Assembly (NCBI GenBank): GCA_041946735.1
Contig: JBHGAY010000012.1
Location: forward strand, 32,001-96,000
Direction of reading: 5' to 3'
From: Candidatus Eiseniibacteriota bacterium
Lineage (GTDB): Bacteria > Eisenbacteria > RBG-16-71-46 > CAIMUX01 > VGJL01
Length of the DNA: 64,000 nt
Shown here: positions 1-10,635 of the stretch, in pieces
Layout: every line of letters begins with the position of its first letter
How positions within the stretch are numbered: the stretch's first letter is position 1
Notes under the pieces: generated by a model
Seen by the model: only the letters and a program-made list of their open reading frames with translations
Database searches by the model: none
What the model was told of the DNA's origin: nothing
Made by a program: the position numbers and the translations under genes

Positions 1-554
1 TGCGGGTCGACCGAAGCGGCGAGGTGCTCGGAGGAGAGCACGATGCCGCGGATGTGGGTCCGATAGCGAGCCCGGCCGATGGCGAGATCGACCGAGTCGC
101 CCGGAGCGAGGTGGTGCGGGATTGCGAAGCCCCGATCGACCAGAACGCCTGTCGTGTCGGCGGGATCGAGCGGCGATCCGCAGATCAGCGGGAGTTGGTC
201 CACGGCGGGCTGCGGAGAGTCGAGGAAGATCGCCTGCGCGGTCACGCGAGCGCCGCCGGCGAGCCGCGCCGACGCGGGGAAGATGAGGCGCGCCTCGGCG
301 GCCTCGACGCAAGGCAAGGTGGCGGCTGCGGCGCGCAGGGGCGCGGGATCGTCGGGCGCGAAGCGGAGCTCCAGGTCGGCGCCGCGACACTCTTCGAGGA
401 TCGTGTCGCGCGTCGCGAGCAGCGTGCGCCCAGCCATCCGCGATCCGGCGGTGACGCCGATGCCGACGGCGAGCGAGACGACGATCGATGCGCTGCGCCA
501 GCGCGCCGACGCGAGATCGCGCAGCGACCTACGCCACAACTTCGATAGGGCCAT
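1..554 (-). CDS. ABC transporter permease (MacB/FtsX-like), N-terminal part; runs off window start
   Basis: Manual translation from ATG at 554: [34 protein letters not shown]..., the typical MacB/FtsX N-terminal TM start; directly downstream of an ABC ATPase. Confidence 0.75.
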   Translation of the reverse strand, partial: MALSKLWRRSLRDLASARWRSASIVVSLAVGIGVTAGSRMAGRTLLATRDTILEECRGADLELRFAPDDPAPLRAAAATLPCVEAAEARLIFPASARLAGGARVTAQAIFLDSPQPAVDQLPLICGSPLDPADTTGVLVDRGFAIPHHLAPGDSVDLAIGRARYRTHIRGIVLSSEHLAASVDP

Positions 555-1341
555 CGACGTCTCGAGCCGTGGAGCCGGCGCGGGTGCCGGTGAAACCTCC
601 GGCGCCGGCGGGAACGCGGTCGCGCGCGCTGGAGCCGTGTCTGCCGGGGCGCGGGCAGGCCGACAGGTTCCCCCCGTCGAGGCGGAAGACCCGGTCGGTC
701 GCGATCGTCGCGGAGACGTCGTGGGTCGCGACGAGGAACGTCGCCCCGGTGCGTTCGCTCAGCGAGCGGAGCAGGCGCCAGATCTCTGCGGCGGTCTCGT
801 GATCGAGGTTGCCGGTCGGCTCGTCCGCGAGGACGAGCGGCGGGTGCTTCGCGAGGGCGCGGGCGACCGCGACCCTCTGCTGCTCGCCTCCCGAAAGCTG
901 CGCGGGAAACGCCGCGGCCCGCCCGGCGAGTCCGACCGCGTGCAGGTACTCGCGCGCCCGCTCGTGGATCGCGTGGCGGGTCCACCCGCCCGCGATCTCG
1001 AGCCCCGCCTCGACGTTCTCGAGCGCAGTCAGAGTCGGCAGCAGATTGTAGGACTGGAAGACGAAGCCGATCTGCTCGCGGCGGAAGCGGGCGAGGCCGG
1101 TCTCCGTCATCCGCTCGATGCGCCGGCCGCACACCTCGATCGTGCCGGCACTAGGGCGGTCCATTCCGCCGATCAGATTCAGCAGCGTGCTCTTGCCCGA
1201 TCCCGAGACGCCGAGAACGATCCCGAAGCTGCCCTCGTCGATGTCGAGCGAGAGCTCGCGGAGCACGGGCCGGTCGCCCGCCGCCGATGCCCCGTATCCC
1301 TTCCACAGCCCGGCGACCGATACGATGCGCCGCGGCTCCAT
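529..1341 (-). CDS. ABC transporter ATP-binding protein (LolD/MacB-like)
   Basis: Walker [10 protein letters not shown], signature LSGGEQQRV, Walker [14 protein letters not shown]-loop ATHD; start placed at ATG 1341 (MEPRRIV). Confidence 0.93.
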   Translation of the reverse strand: MEPRRIVSVAGLWKGYGASAAGDRPVLRELSLDIDEGSFGIVLGVSGSGKSTLLNLIGGMDRPSAGTIEVCGRRIERMTETGLARFRREQIGFVFQSYNLLPTLTALENVEAGLEIAGGWTRHAIHERAREYLHAVGLAGRAAAFPAQLSGGEQQRVAVARALAKHPPLVLADEPTGNLDHETAAEIWRLLRSLSERTGATFLVATHDVSATIATDRVFRLDGGNLSACPRPGRHGSSARDRVPAGAGGFTGTRAGSTARDVDGPIEVVA

Positions 1342-1577
1342 CCCTCGCGCTGTCAGGCGACCCTCCTGTCGTTGCTCCCGCGGCGGCCGTAAGGTGGCGT
1401 CCGATCCCACGATCGGCCCTTTTCCCAGGCTGCTTCACGATTTCCGAGGAGGCGCACGGCGGGGCACGCCGGCGGGGCAGGCGGGGCGCGCAGGCGGGGG
1501 CGGGCGCCGCGCGCCGGCGGGGCAGGCGGCCGCTGGGCGGCGGCCGCGAAGCGCGCGGCCGGGCGGGGCGAATCGAT

Positions 1578-1607
1578 TTGACAGTCCTTAAGAATCACTG
1601 ATACGTT
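1578..1607 (+). promoter_or_regulatory. sigma70-type promoter of the meaB/acyl-CoA operon
   Basis: TTGACA-18nt-TACGTT with extended -10 TG, in an AT-rich patch ~40 nt upstream of the meaB start. Confidence 0.6.
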
Positions 1608-1647
1608 CAGCCGTTCTTTTCTAGGGCTTTGCCTCAGGGAGGACCGC

Positions 1648-2700
1648 TTGCCGCCTGCCGAACGCGAGGGGATCGAGGATCTCGCCTTGCGGATCCGCAG
1701 CAGGGATCGCCGCGCCCTGTCTCGAGCCATCTCTTGGATCGAAGACCAGACGCCGGCGGGCCGCCTGCTGCTCGACCGCGTGTACTCCCCGGAGGGGAGG
1801 GCCCACCGGCTCGGCATTACCGGCCCTCCGGGATCCGGCAAGTCGACGCTCGTGAGCCAGCTGACGCGGCTGCTTCGCGCGCGCGGCGTCCGTGTGGCCG
1901 TCCTCGCCGTCGATCCCTCGAGCCCGTTCACCGGGGGCGCCGTGCTCGGCGACCGGATCCGAATGCAGGATCATGCCGGCGATCCGGACGTCTTCATCCG
2001 GAGCATGGCAAGCCGCGGCAGCCTCGGCGGCCTCGCGTCAACCACCTACGAGGTGAGCGAGGCGGTGGAGGCGGCCGGATACGACTGGATCCTGATCGAG
2101 ACGGTCGGCGTCGGGCAGTCGGAGATGGAGATCGTCGAGGCGGCCGACACGACGCTCGTCGTCCTCGTCCCGGAATCGGGGGACGGGGTGCAGGTGATGA
2201 AAGCGGGGTTGATGGAGGCGGCCGACCTCTTCGTGGTCAACAAATACGACCGCGACGGCGGCGATCGCCTGATCAAGGAAATCAGCCTGATGCTCGAGCT
2301 GGGTCGCGAGCAGGACAGGGAGCGGCGCGGTGCCGCGCCGGGCGCCAACGAGCCGCGCTGGGAGCGGCGCATCCATCGCACCGTCGCCTCGACCGGCCTC
2401 GGAGTGCCGGAACTGCTCGGGGGGATCGATGCGCACCGGGCGCATCTACGCTCCGATCCGGAGCGCTGGCAGCAGCGACAACGACGCCGCCTTCGCCGGC
2501 GGCTGCGCGGCCAGCTTCGCGACCGGCTGCTGCAGGTCCTCGAGCGCGACGACCGCCTCGAGGGATGGCTACGCGAAGGAGAGAGACGGATCGTCGCCGG
2601 AGAGGCGTCGCCGTACGGCTGGATCGACGCGATGGCGAGCCGCCTTCTCGAGGGGGAGCGATCCTTCGAGCCGGCGGCCCCCCGACGGGAGGAGCGATGA
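1648..2700 (+). CDS. meaB: Methylmalonyl-CoA mutase-associated GTPase MeaB/ArgK
   Basis: [47 protein letters not shown] motifs. Confidence 0.95.
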   Translation: MPPAEREGIEDLALRIRSRDRRALSRAISWIEDQTPAGRLLLDRVYSPEGRAHRLGITGPPGSGKSTLVSQLTRLLRARGVRVAVLAVDPSSPFTGGAVLGDRIRMQDHAGDPDVFIRSMASRGSLGGLASTTYEVSEAVEAAGYDWILIETVGVGQSEMEIVEAADTTLVVLVPESGDGVQVMKAGLMEAADLFVVNKYDRDGGDRLIKEISLMLELGREQDRERRGAAPGANEPRWERRIHRTVASTGLGVPELLGGIDAHRAHLRSDPERWQQRQRRRLRRRLRGQLRDRLLQVLERDDRLEGWLREGERRIVAGEASPYGWIDAMASRLLEGERSFEPAAPRREER

Positions 2701-3119
2701 GCGAGGAGAAGATCCGCATCCTGGTGGCGAAGCCGGGACTCGACGGTCACGACCGGGGGGCGAAGGTGATCGCCACCGCGTTCCGCGACGCCGGCTTCGA
2801 GGTGATCTACACGGGACTCCACCAGACACCGGAGATGATCGTGGACGCGGCCGTCCAGGAGGACGTCGACATCGTTTCGCTGTCGATCCTCTCCGGCGCG
2901 CACATGACCCTCTTCGCCCGGATCCTCGAGCTGCTGAAGGAGCGGGGAGCTGGAGACATCCACGTCCTCGCCGGAGGGATCATCCCGGAGGAGGATGCGC
3001 GGAAGCTGAAGGAGATGGGGGTCGGCGAGGTGTTCGGGCCCGGGACGCCGACAACCGCGCCGATCGAGTATATCCGCCGCTGGCACGCCGCGCGGGCGAG
3101 CCAGGCGGCGGGCAGCTGA
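2697..3119 (+). CDS. Methylmalonyl-CoA mutase small (cobalamin-binding) subunit
   Basis: [10 protein letters not shown] (DxHxxG B12 motif), SILSGAH, GGIIP; ATGA overlap with meaB stop. Confidence 0.95.
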   Translation: MSEEKIRILVAKPGLDGHDRGAKVIATAFRDAGFEVIYTGLHQTPEMIVDAAVQEDVDIVSLSILSGAHMTLFARILELLKERGAGDIHVLAGGIIPEEDARKLKEMGVGEVFGPGTPTTAPIEYIRRWHAARASQAAGS

Positions 3120-3142
3120 ACCCCAAGCGCGGAGGAGCATCG

Positions 3143-3856
3143 ATGTCCATCGACAAGCGCGTGAAGGATGCCGACGAGGCGCTCGAGCGGGCGCAGGTGC
3201 ATGACGGCTGCACGATCCTGATGGGTGGCTTCGGACTCTGCGGAATCCCGGAGAACCTGATCGCGGCGCTGCTGCGGCGCGGCACGAAGGATCTGACGAT
3301 CGTCAGCAACAACGCCGGCGTCGACGACTTCGGCATCGGCCTGCTGCTCCAGACCCGCCAGGTGCGGAAGATGATCTCCACCTACGTCGGCGAAAACGCG
3401 ACCTTCGAGCGTCAGTTCCTCGACGGCGAGCTCGAGCTCGAGCTCGTGCCCCAGGGCACCTTCGCCGAGAGGATCCGGGCGGGCGGAGCCGGCATTCCCG
3501 CGTTCTACACCCCGACCGGCGTCGGCACGAAGGTCGCCGAGGGGAAGGAAGTGCGCGAGTTCGCCGGGCGCTCCTATCTGCTCGAGGCGGCGATCCGCGG
3601 CGACGTCGCGTTCGTGAAGGGGTATCGCGGCGACTCGATGGGGAACCTGGTCTACCGCGGCACGGCGCGGAACTTCAATCCGATGATCGCCACGGCCGCC
3701 GACCGGACGATCGCCGAGGTCGAACGGCTGGTGCCGATCGGCGAGCTGGATCCCGAAGCGATCGTCACGCCTTCGATCTACGTCGATGCCATCTTCGAGG
3801 GAACGAACTATGAAAAGCGGATTGAGCAAAGAACAAATCGTCCGAAGAGCCGCTAG
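3143..3856 (+). CDS. scoA: 3-oxoacid CoA-transferase subunit A
   Basis: [52 protein letters not shown]. Confidence 0.92.
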   Translation: MSIDKRVKDADEALERAQVHDGCTILMGGFGLCGIPENLIAALLRRGTKDLTIVSNNAGVDDFGIGLLLQTRQVRKMISTYVGENATFERQFLDGELELELVPQGTFAERIRAGGAGIPAFYTPTGVGTKVAEGKEVREFAGRSYLLEAAIRGDVAFVKGYRGDSMGNLVYRGTARNFNPMIATAADRTIAEVERLVPIGELDPEAIVTPSIYVDAIFEGTNYEKRIEQRTNRPKSR

Positions 3857-4475
3857 CGAGCTTCGCGACGGGATGTACGTGAACCTGGGGATCGGCATGC
3901 CGACCCTGGTGTCCAACCACGTCCCGGAGGGGATGGCGATCGTCCTGCAGTCGGAGAACGGGATGCTGGGAGTCGGGCCGTTCCCGTACGAGGGGGAGGA
4001 GAGTCCCGACCTGATCAACGCCGGCAAGCAGACGATCACCGCGCTCCCGGGCGCGTGCTTCTTCTCCAGCGCCGACTCCTTCGCGATGATCCGCGGCGGG
4101 CACGTCGATCTGACGATCCTCGGCGCGATGGAGGTCGACGAGAAGGGGAACCTCGCGAACTGGATGATCCCGGGGAAGATGGTGAAAGGGATGGGGGGGG
4201 CGATGGATCTGGTCGCCGGCGCGAAGCGCGTGATCGTGACGATGCAGCACACGGCGAAGGACGGCAGCCCCAAGGTCCTTCACCAGTGCCAGCTCCCGCT
4301 GACCGGAATCGGCTGCGTCGACCGGATCATCTCCGATCTCGGCGTCTTCGACGTCGTGCCGGGGCGGGGGATCGTGCTGCGCGAGCGCGCGCCGGGATGG
4401 TCCGTCGAGGAGATCCAGGAGAAGACCGAAGCGAAGCTTTCCGCCGACGGGGACGTTCCGGAAGTCCGCATCTAG
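3810..4475 (+). CDS. scoB: 3-oxoacid CoA-transferase subunit B
   Basis: VNLGIGMPT, catalytic [14 protein letters not shown]; overlaps subunit A by 47 nt. Confidence 0.92.
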   Translation: MKSGLSKEQIVRRAASELRDGMYVNLGIGMPTLVSNHVPEGMAIVLQSENGMLGVGPFPYEGEESPDLINAGKQTITALPGACFFSSADSFAMIRGGHVDLTILGAMEVDEKGNLANWMIPGKMVKGMGGAMDLVAGAKRVIVTMQHTAKDGSPKVLHQCQLPLTGIGCVDRIISDLGVFDVVPGRGIVLRERAPGWSVEEIQEKTEAKLSADGDVPEVRI

Positions 4476-4537
4476 GAAGGAAGCCCGAAGTGCCGAAGCC
4501 TGAAGCCCGAGGAACACGCCCGAACGAAAACTAGCAT

Positions 4538-4608
4538 GGGAACGAGAACGAGCACGAGAAGCGAGTAGGGAACGAGCAAGGGAACGAGAACGAGCACGGG
4601 AACGAGAG
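4538..4608 (+). repeat. Purine-rich hexamer-periodic intergenic repeat
   Basis: GGGAACGAGAACGAGCACG at 4538 and 4580, plus further GAACGA/GAGCAC units. Confidence 0.7.
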
Positions 4609-4616
4609 GAGCCGAG

Positions 4617-5759
4617 ATGGTGCGAGTGAGCGAGGAGCACGAGGCGCTGCGGCAGGCGGTGCGGGAGTTCGCGGAGAGCGAGGTCCTCCCCCGCGCGATG
4701 GCGATCGACCGGGAAGGGGAGATCCCGCGCGAAATCCTCCGGAAGATGGCGGAGCTCGGGTATCTCGGGATCCCGTATCCGGAGCAGTGGGGCGGCGCCG
4801 GCATGGATACCCTCTCCTACGCGATCGCCGTCGAGGAGATCTCACGCGTCTGCGCCTCGACCGGGATCACCATGGCCGCTCACACGAGCCTCGGGATCTA
4901 CCCGATCTACAAGTACGGAACGCCGGCGCAGAAAGAGCGCTACCTGAGGAAGCTCGTCACGGGCGAGTGGATCGGCGCCTTCGGGCTGACGGAGCCGGGG
5001 GCGGGCTCCGACGCGGGCGGGACCCAGACGACGGCCGTCCGCGACGGCGACGGATGGGTGCTGAATGGATCGAAGATCTACATCACCAACGGCAAGATGG
5101 CGCGCACCGTGATCACCGCCGCCCGCACTTCGAAAGAGGCGGGGACGCGCGGCATCTCCGCCTTCATCGTCGAGCAGCCGAATCCCGGCGTGACGGTCGG
5201 CAAGCTCGAGGACAAGCTCGGCTGTCGCGGATCGGAGACGGCCCAGCTGCACTTCACCGACCTGCGCCTGCCGGCCGACGCGCTCCTCGGCGAGGAGAAC
5301 GGCGGCTTCCCGATCTTCCTCGACACCCTCGACGGCGGGCGGATCTCGATCGGGGCGATGTCGCTCGGAATCGCGCAGGCCGCCTACGAGGCGAGCGTCG
5401 CCTACGCGCAGCAGCGCCAGCAGTTCGGCAAGCCGATCGCCGAGTTCCAGGGGCTCCAGTTCGTCCTCGCCGACATGGGGACGCAGATCGAGACGGCGCG
5501 GCTGCACGTCTACAACGCGGCCCGCCTGAAGGACGAGGGGATCCGGTTCAAGAAGGAGTCGGCGATGGCGAAGCTCGTCGCCTCCGAGGTGGCGATGTGG
5601 GTGACGACGAAGGCGATCCAGGTTCACGGCGGGATCGGCTACATGCGCGACCTGCCGGTCGAACGCTACTTCCGGGATGCGAAGCTCATGGAGATCGGCG
5701 AGGGGACGTCGGAAATCCAGAGGACGGTGATCGCCCGGGAGATCCTGAAGGGGTACTAG
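4617..5759 (+). CDS. Acyl-CoA dehydrogenase (short/branched-chain type)
   Basis: [49 protein letters not shown]. Confidence 0.95.
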   Translation: MVRVSEEHEALRQAVREFAESEVLPRAMAIDREGEIPREILRKMAELGYLGIPYPEQWGGAGMDTLSYAIAVEEISRVCASTGITMAAHTSLGIYPIYKYGTPAQKERYLRKLVTGEWIGAFGLTEPGAGSDAGGTQTTAVRDGDGWVLNGSKIYITNGKMARTVITAARTSKEAGTRGISAFIVEQPNPGVTVGKLEDKLGCRGSETAQLHFTDLRLPADALLGEENGGFPIFLDTLDGGRISIGAMSLGIAQAAYEASVAYAQQRQQFGKPIAEFQGLQFVLADMGTQIETARLHVYNAARLKDEGIRFKKESAMAKLVASEVAMWVTTKAIQVHGGIGYMRDLPVERYFRDAKLMEIGEGTSEIQRTVIAREILKGY

Positions 5760-5850
5760 AAGGGCACCGAAAGGGGCACGAGCAGCAGCCAGCAGAGCCG
5801 GGAAGCCGCAGGCTCGCACGTCCAGGGCACGGCCGCAGGAGGGTGAAGCG

Positions 5851-7089
5851 ATGAGCGAGTGGAAGCCGAATCCGATGGGACTCAAGCCGGGCGACCAGGT
5901 CGGGACCCCGCGCGAGGTGGTCCTGCTCTCCGCCGTGCGGACCGCGATCGGCAAGTTCCAGGGAGGCCTTGCGCCGCTCGCGGCGACCGACCTCGGCGGC
6001 ATCGTCGTCCGTGAGGCGGTGCTCCGCGCCGGCGTCGATCCCGGCCACGTCGACGAGGTCCTGATGGGGCACGTCCTTCAGGGAGGGACGGGCCAGGCGC
6101 CGGCCCGGCAGGCGGCGCTCAAAGGAGGGCTGCCGGACACCGTCGCGGCGGCGACGATCAACAAAGTCTGCGGTTCCGGGCTGAAGGCGGTGATGCTCGC
6201 CGCCTCGGAGATCAAGGCGGGAGACGCCGACGTGATCGTGGCGGGCGGCATGGAGAGCATGTCCAACGCCCCGTACTTCCTTCCCGGAGTCCGCAACGGC
6301 CTGCGCCTCGGCGACGGCCAGGTGAAGGACCTGATGGTCCACGACGGTCTCTGGTGCTCGTTCAAGGACTGGCATATGGGATCGGCCGCGGAGCTGATCG
6401 CGCGCAAGTTCGGGATCACCCGCGGGGCGCAGGACGAGTTCGCGCTCGCGAGCCATCAGAAGGCGGTCGCCGCGATCGACGCGGGGAAGTTCCGCGCGGA
6501 GATCGTGCCGGTCTCGATCCCGCAGAAGAAGGGCGATCCGATCGTCGTCGACACCGACGAGGGACCGCGCCGCGACAGCTCGATCGAGGCGCTGGCGAAG
6601 CTCCGTCCCGCCTTCGAGAAGGACGGGACGGTGACCGCCGGCAACGCTCCGAGCGTCAACGACGGTGCCGCCGCGCTGGTGGTCGCCTCGCGCGCCGCCG
6701 CCGACCGGATCGGCGCCAAGCCGCTCGCGCGCGTGATCGGCTACGCGACCGGCGGCGTCTCGCCGGAAATGATCTTCTACGCGCCCGTGGTCGCGGTGCG
6801 TAAGCTCATGGAGAAGACCGGCCTGTCGATCGGGGACTTCGACCTGATCGAGGCGAACGAGGCGTTCGCCGCCCAGGCGCTCGTCGACGGGAACGAGCTG
6901 GGGTGGGACTGGTCGCGGGTGAACGTCCATGGCGGGGCCGTCGCCCTCGGACATCCGATCGGAGCGAGCGGCGCCCGCGTTCTCGTCACCCTCCTGTACG
7001 CGATGAAGGACCGCGGCGCGCGCATCGGGCTGGCTACCCTCTGTCTCGGGGGAGGCAACGCCGTCGCGCTCGCCATCGAGAGGCTGTAG
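5851..7089 (+). CDS. Acetyl-CoA C-acetyltransferase (thiolase)
   Basis: [26 protein letters not shown] motifs. Confidence 0.95.
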   Translation: MSEWKPNPMGLKPGDQVGTPREVVLLSAVRTAIGKFQGGLAPLAATDLGGIVVREAVLRAGVDPGHVDEVLMGHVLQGGTGQAPARQAALKGGLPDTVAAATINKVCGSGLKAVMLAASEIKAGDADVIVAGGMESMSNAPYFLPGVRNGLRLGDGQVKDLMVHDGLWCSFKDWHMGSAAELIARKFGITRGAQDEFALASHQKAVAAIDAGKFRAEIVPVSIPQKKGDPIVVDTDEGPRRDSSIEALAKLRPAFEKDGTVTAGNAPSVNDGAAALVVASRAAADRIGAKPLARVIGYATGGVSPEMIFYAPVVAVRKLMEKTGLSIGDFDLIEANEAFAAQALVDGNELGWDWSRVNVHGGAVALGHPIGASGARVLVTLLYAMKDRGARIGLATLCLGGGNAVALAIERL

Positions 7090-7154
7090 GCGCAATAGCA
7101 ATTGAGGATCTTGCCGCGCGCGCGGCGCGCGAAGATCCCGGGAGAGCATCACCG

Positions 7155-8012
7155 ATGGAGCGGAACCGACGCGTGGCCGTCGTGGGATCGGGGACGATGG
7201 GCAGCGGGATCGCTCAGGTCCTCGCGCAGACCGGATACCCGGTCGTGCTGACCGACGCGATGCCGGAGGCGCTGGATCGCGCGGCGCATACGATTCAGAA
7301 GAGCCTGGAGCGGCTCGTCAAGAAGGGCAGCCTCGGCGAGGAGCAGGTGGGCGGCATCCTCGAGAGGATCGGGCGGACGACGAAGCTCGAAGTGGTGCGC
7401 GACGCCCAGCTCGTGATCGAGGCGATCGTCGAGGAGCCGGGGGCGAAGAAAGAGCTGTTCGCTCACCTCGACACCCTGACCGGGCCCGACACGATCCTCG
7501 CCTCGAACACCTCTTCGATCTCCATCACGGAGATGGGAGCGGTCACCCGCCGCCCGGAGAAGGTGATCGGGATGCATTTCATGAACCCGGTCCCGGTGAT
7601 GCCGCTCGTCGAGATCATCCGCGGGTTCGCCACCTCGGACGAGACGTTCGAGAGGGTGGAGGGGCTCGCCCGTGAGCTGGGGAAGACCCCGGTGACGGTC
7701 AACGACTATCCGGGCTTCGTCTCCAACCGGATCCTCCTGCCGATGATCAACGAGGCGGTCTTCTGCCTGATGGAAGGGGTCGCCTCGCGCGAGGACATCG
7801 ACACGGTGATGCGTCTCGGCATGAACCACCCGATGGGCCCGCTCACGCTCGCGGATTTCATCGGCCTCGACGTCTGCCTCCACATCCTGAACGTCCTGCA
7901 CGAGGGGTTCGGCGACCCGAAGTACCGGCCCTGCCCTCTTCTCGTGAAGATGGTGAAGGCGGGGCATCTCGGCCGGAAGTCGGGCAAGGGCTTCTACGAT
8001 TACGCCGGGTAG
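7155..8012 (+). CDS. hbd: 3-hydroxybutyryl-CoA dehydrogenase
   Basis: GSGTMGSG Rossmann motif, [41 protein letters not shown]. Confidence 0.93.
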   Translation: MERNRRVAVVGSGTMGSGIAQVLAQTGYPVVLTDAMPEALDRAAHTIQKSLERLVKKGSLGEEQVGGILERIGRTTKLEVVRDAQLVIEAIVEEPGAKKELFAHLDTLTGPDTILASNTSSISITEMGAVTRRPEKVIGMHFMNPVPVMPLVEIIRGFATSDETFERVEGLARELGKTPVTVNDYPGFVSNRILLPMINEAVFCLMEGVASREDIDTVMRLGMNHPMGPLTLADFIGLDVCLHILNVLHEGFGDPKYRPCPLLVKMVKAGHLGRKSGKGFYDYAG

Positions 8013-8132
8013 AGCGGGAGCGGCGCGGCACGCCGCCACGCGGCTGCGCGAGACGGCGCCGTCCCGCTCCGCGCGGCCGGGATCGCGCAGTCGAGACGCA
8101 ACGGGACGCCAGCGCTTTCGGTCGGCCGTCGC

Positions 8133-10625
8133 ATGCGCTACGCCCTGACGCCCGAGCAGGAGCGCAGGCGTGAGGAGGTGCGCCGGGCCGCAGAGGAGAT
8201 CCTGCGCCCGGGCGCGGTCGCGCGGGACCAGGCGGGACGCGTTCCCGATCGGGAATGGGGGGCGCTGGCGCAACGTGGACTGGTCGCCCTCACCGTCCCC
8301 GAGACCGAAGGAGGACGAGGCTACGATCTCGCCTCCGCTTGCCTCGCGATCCGCGAGATCTCGCGTTGCGATGCCTCCGCGGGGCTGCTCCTCGGCTTCC
8401 ACGACCTGATCGTCGCGCGTGAGATCGCGCGGCGGGCGCCGCCGGCCGCACGCGCCCGGCTGCTCCCCGCGCTCGTCGACGGAACGACACGCGCAGCCGC
8501 CGCCCTCACCGATCCTCCCTATGCTCCCCGCGCGAGCGTCCCGGCCGACGCCTCGGCCTCGCCTCGCCACGCCGGGGCGCTCGAGCCCGCCCGGCTGCAT
8601 CGCGAAGAGGGACGGCTGAGCGCCAGCGGCGCAAAGCTCTTCGTCCCCGGCGCGCTCGGCGCCGACCTCTTCCTCGTCTACGCACTCGATCCCGACGACC
8701 TCGCGCCGCACCGGCGCGCGCTCCTTCTCCTCGCGAAAGGGACGGCCGGCTTGTCGGCCGGTGAGCCGGACCGGATCTTCGGAGTCCGCGCGGCCGGCGT
8801 CGCCCCGCTCCTGCTCGACCGCTGCCCGATCGATCCGGACTGGGGTCTGCTTGGATCGGGCAACCGCGATCCGGTCGCTTCTGCGCTCTTCGGCGAAGCG
8901 GATCTCGCGGTGGCGTCTCAGGCGCTCGGAATCGCCGACGCCGCCTTCGAGGGGGCGGTGGCGCGAGCGAAGGAGCGGGAAGCGTCGGGTTCGCCGCTCG
9001 GCGCTCGCCAGCGGATCCAGTGGAAGCTCGCCGAGATGAAGACGCTCCTCGACGCGGCGGAGCTGTTCGTCCTGCGCGCGGCCGAGGCGGGGGAGCGCGA
9101 GCCGCAGCTCTTCGCCTACGCGGCGGCGCAGGCGAAGGTGTTCGCGGGGCGCGCGGCGGCGCGGATCGCCGACGAGGCGGTGCAGATCTTCGGAGGGTCG
9201 GGCGCGATCGAGGACGGCGGCGTCGAGCGCCACTGGCGCGACGCGAAGACGACCGAGCTGAACCCGACGTCGAGCGAGGTCGCGAAGCTCTCGATCGCAC
9301 GACACCTGCTCGAGCGGCAGGCGGGCGAGGGGGATCGCGGGACCGGCGGCGCGGCTGCTGGTCCGATCGGCGGGGCTGCCGGCGCGGCCGCCGGCGCGAA
9401 CGGCGCTGCGGCGGGCGCCGGCGGGGTGCTCGATCCCGATTCGAGCGAGGACGAGCGCATGATCCTCGGGATGGTGCGCAATTTCGCGCGCGAGGAGCTG
9501 GCGCCGATCGCCCGCGCGCTCGACGAGGAGCGACGCGTCCCGTTGGCCGAGATCGAGAAGATGCAGGAGCTCGGGCTCTTCGGGCTCCTGATCCCGGAGG
9601 AGTACGGCGGCTCGGGGTGCCGGGCGATCCTCTACGCGCGCGTGATCGAGGAGCTGGCGCGCGCCTGCGCGGCCGTCGCCATCATCCTCTCCGTCTCGAG
9701 CTCTGTCGGAGCGTTTCCGATCCTGCTGTTCGGGACGGAGGAGCAGAAGCGCCGCTTCCTCCCGCGGCTCGCAGCCGGAGCGATCGGCGCGTTCTGTCTC
9801 TCGGAGGCGGACAGCGGAAGCGACGCGGCGAGTCTGAAGCTTCGCGCCGAGCGCGAGGCGGAGGGGGGCGACTGGCTCCTGACCGGCACGAAGATGTGGG
9901 TGACGAACGCTCCTCACGCGCAGGTCTTCCTCGTCTTCGGCCGGAGCGGCTCGTTCGATCCACGGGAGAGCCATCGCGGCATCACCGCCTTCCTCGTCGA
10001 GGGCGGGAGCGAGGGGCTCACGATCAGCCGCGAAGAGGACAAGATGGGCCTGCGCGCGTCGGCGACCGCCGAGGTCGTGTTCGATCGAGTGCGCGTGCCG
10101 GCGGCGAACCAGCTCGGTGAGGAGGGGCGGGGGTTCCGCGTCGCGATGAGCGCGCTCGACAACGGACGGATCGGCGTCGGCGGCCAGGCGCTCGGCATCG
10201 CGCGAGCCTCCTTCGCCGAGGCGCTCTCCTACGCGAAGGTGCGGCGGCAGTTCGGCCGTCCCCTCTCGGACTTCGAGGCGACCCGCCTCCGGCTGGCCGA
10301 GATGGACCTCGACGTCCAGGCGGCCGCTCTTCTCGTCTACCGGGCGGCCGAACGCAAGGACTCCGGCCTGCCGTACGGGCCGCACGCTTCGATGGCGAAA
10401 CTCTACGCGTCCGAGGCGGCGACCCGGGTCGCGCATGCCGCGATCCAGATCCACGGCGGCTATGGCTACACGAAGGACTACCCGGTCGAGCGCTACTATC
10501 GAGACGCCCGCGTGACGGAGATCTACGAGGGCACGAGCGAGATGCAGAGGATCGTGATCGCCCGGTGGGTGCTGAGCGGCGAGGGAAGCGGCCGGGACGA
10601 AGGGGAGGGAAGCGGCCGGCGCTAG
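8133..10625 (+). CDS. Tandem two-domain acyl-CoA dehydrogenase (degenerate N-terminal unit + canonical C-terminal unit)
   Basis: 830 aa; two ACAD units joined by a Gly/Ala linker; C-unit has LSEADSGSD, IQIHGGYGY, EIYEGTSE; N-unit has VQIFGGSG...ERHWRDAK. Confidence 0.85.
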   Translation: MRYALTPEQERRREEVRRAAEEILRPGAVARDQAGRVPDREWGALAQRGLVALTVPETEGGRGYDLASACLAIREISRCDASAGLLLGFHDLIVAREIARRAPPAARARLLPALVDGTTRAAAALTDPPYAPRASVPADASASPRHAGALEPARLHREEGRLSASGAKLFVPGALGADLFLVYALDPDDLAPHRRALLLLAKGTAGLSAGEPDRIFGVRAAGVAPLLLDRCPIDPDWGLLGSGNRDPVASALFGEADLAVASQALGIADAAFEGAVARAKEREASGSPLGARQRIQWKLAEMKTLLDAAELFVLRAAEAGEREPQLFAYAAAQAKVFAGRAAARIADEAVQIFGGSGAIEDGGVERHWRDAKTTELNPTSSEVAKLSIARHLLERQAGEGDRGTGGAAAGPIGGAAGAAAGANGAAAGAGGVLDPDSSEDERMILGMVRNFAREELAPIARALDEERRVPLAEIEKMQELGLFGLLIPEEYGGSGCRAILYARVIEELARACAAVAIILSVSSSVGAFPILLFGTEEQKRRFLPRLAAGAIGAFCLSEADSGSDAASLKLRAEREAEGGDWLLTGTKMWVTNAPHAQVFLVFGRSGSFDPRESHRGITAFLVEGGSEGLTISREEDKMGLRASATAEVVFDRVRVPAANQLGEEGRGFRVAMSALDNGRIGVGGQALGIARASFAEALSYAKVRRQFGRPLSDFEATRLRLAEMDLDVQAAALLVYRAAERKDSGLPYGPHASMAKLYASEAATRVAHAAIQIHGGYGYTKDYPVERYYRDARVTEIYEGTSEMQRIVIARWVLSGEGSGRDEGEGSGRR

Positions 10626-10635
10626 GTAGGCCGGC

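Noticed and set aside
7149..10454. Long alternative-frame ORFs (e.g. 7149-10454 -, 14071-17328 +, 28956-31955 -, upstream part of 55640-59371)
   Set aside because: They overlap well-supported genes; R/G/P/A-rich with no family motifs, typical of high-GC DNA
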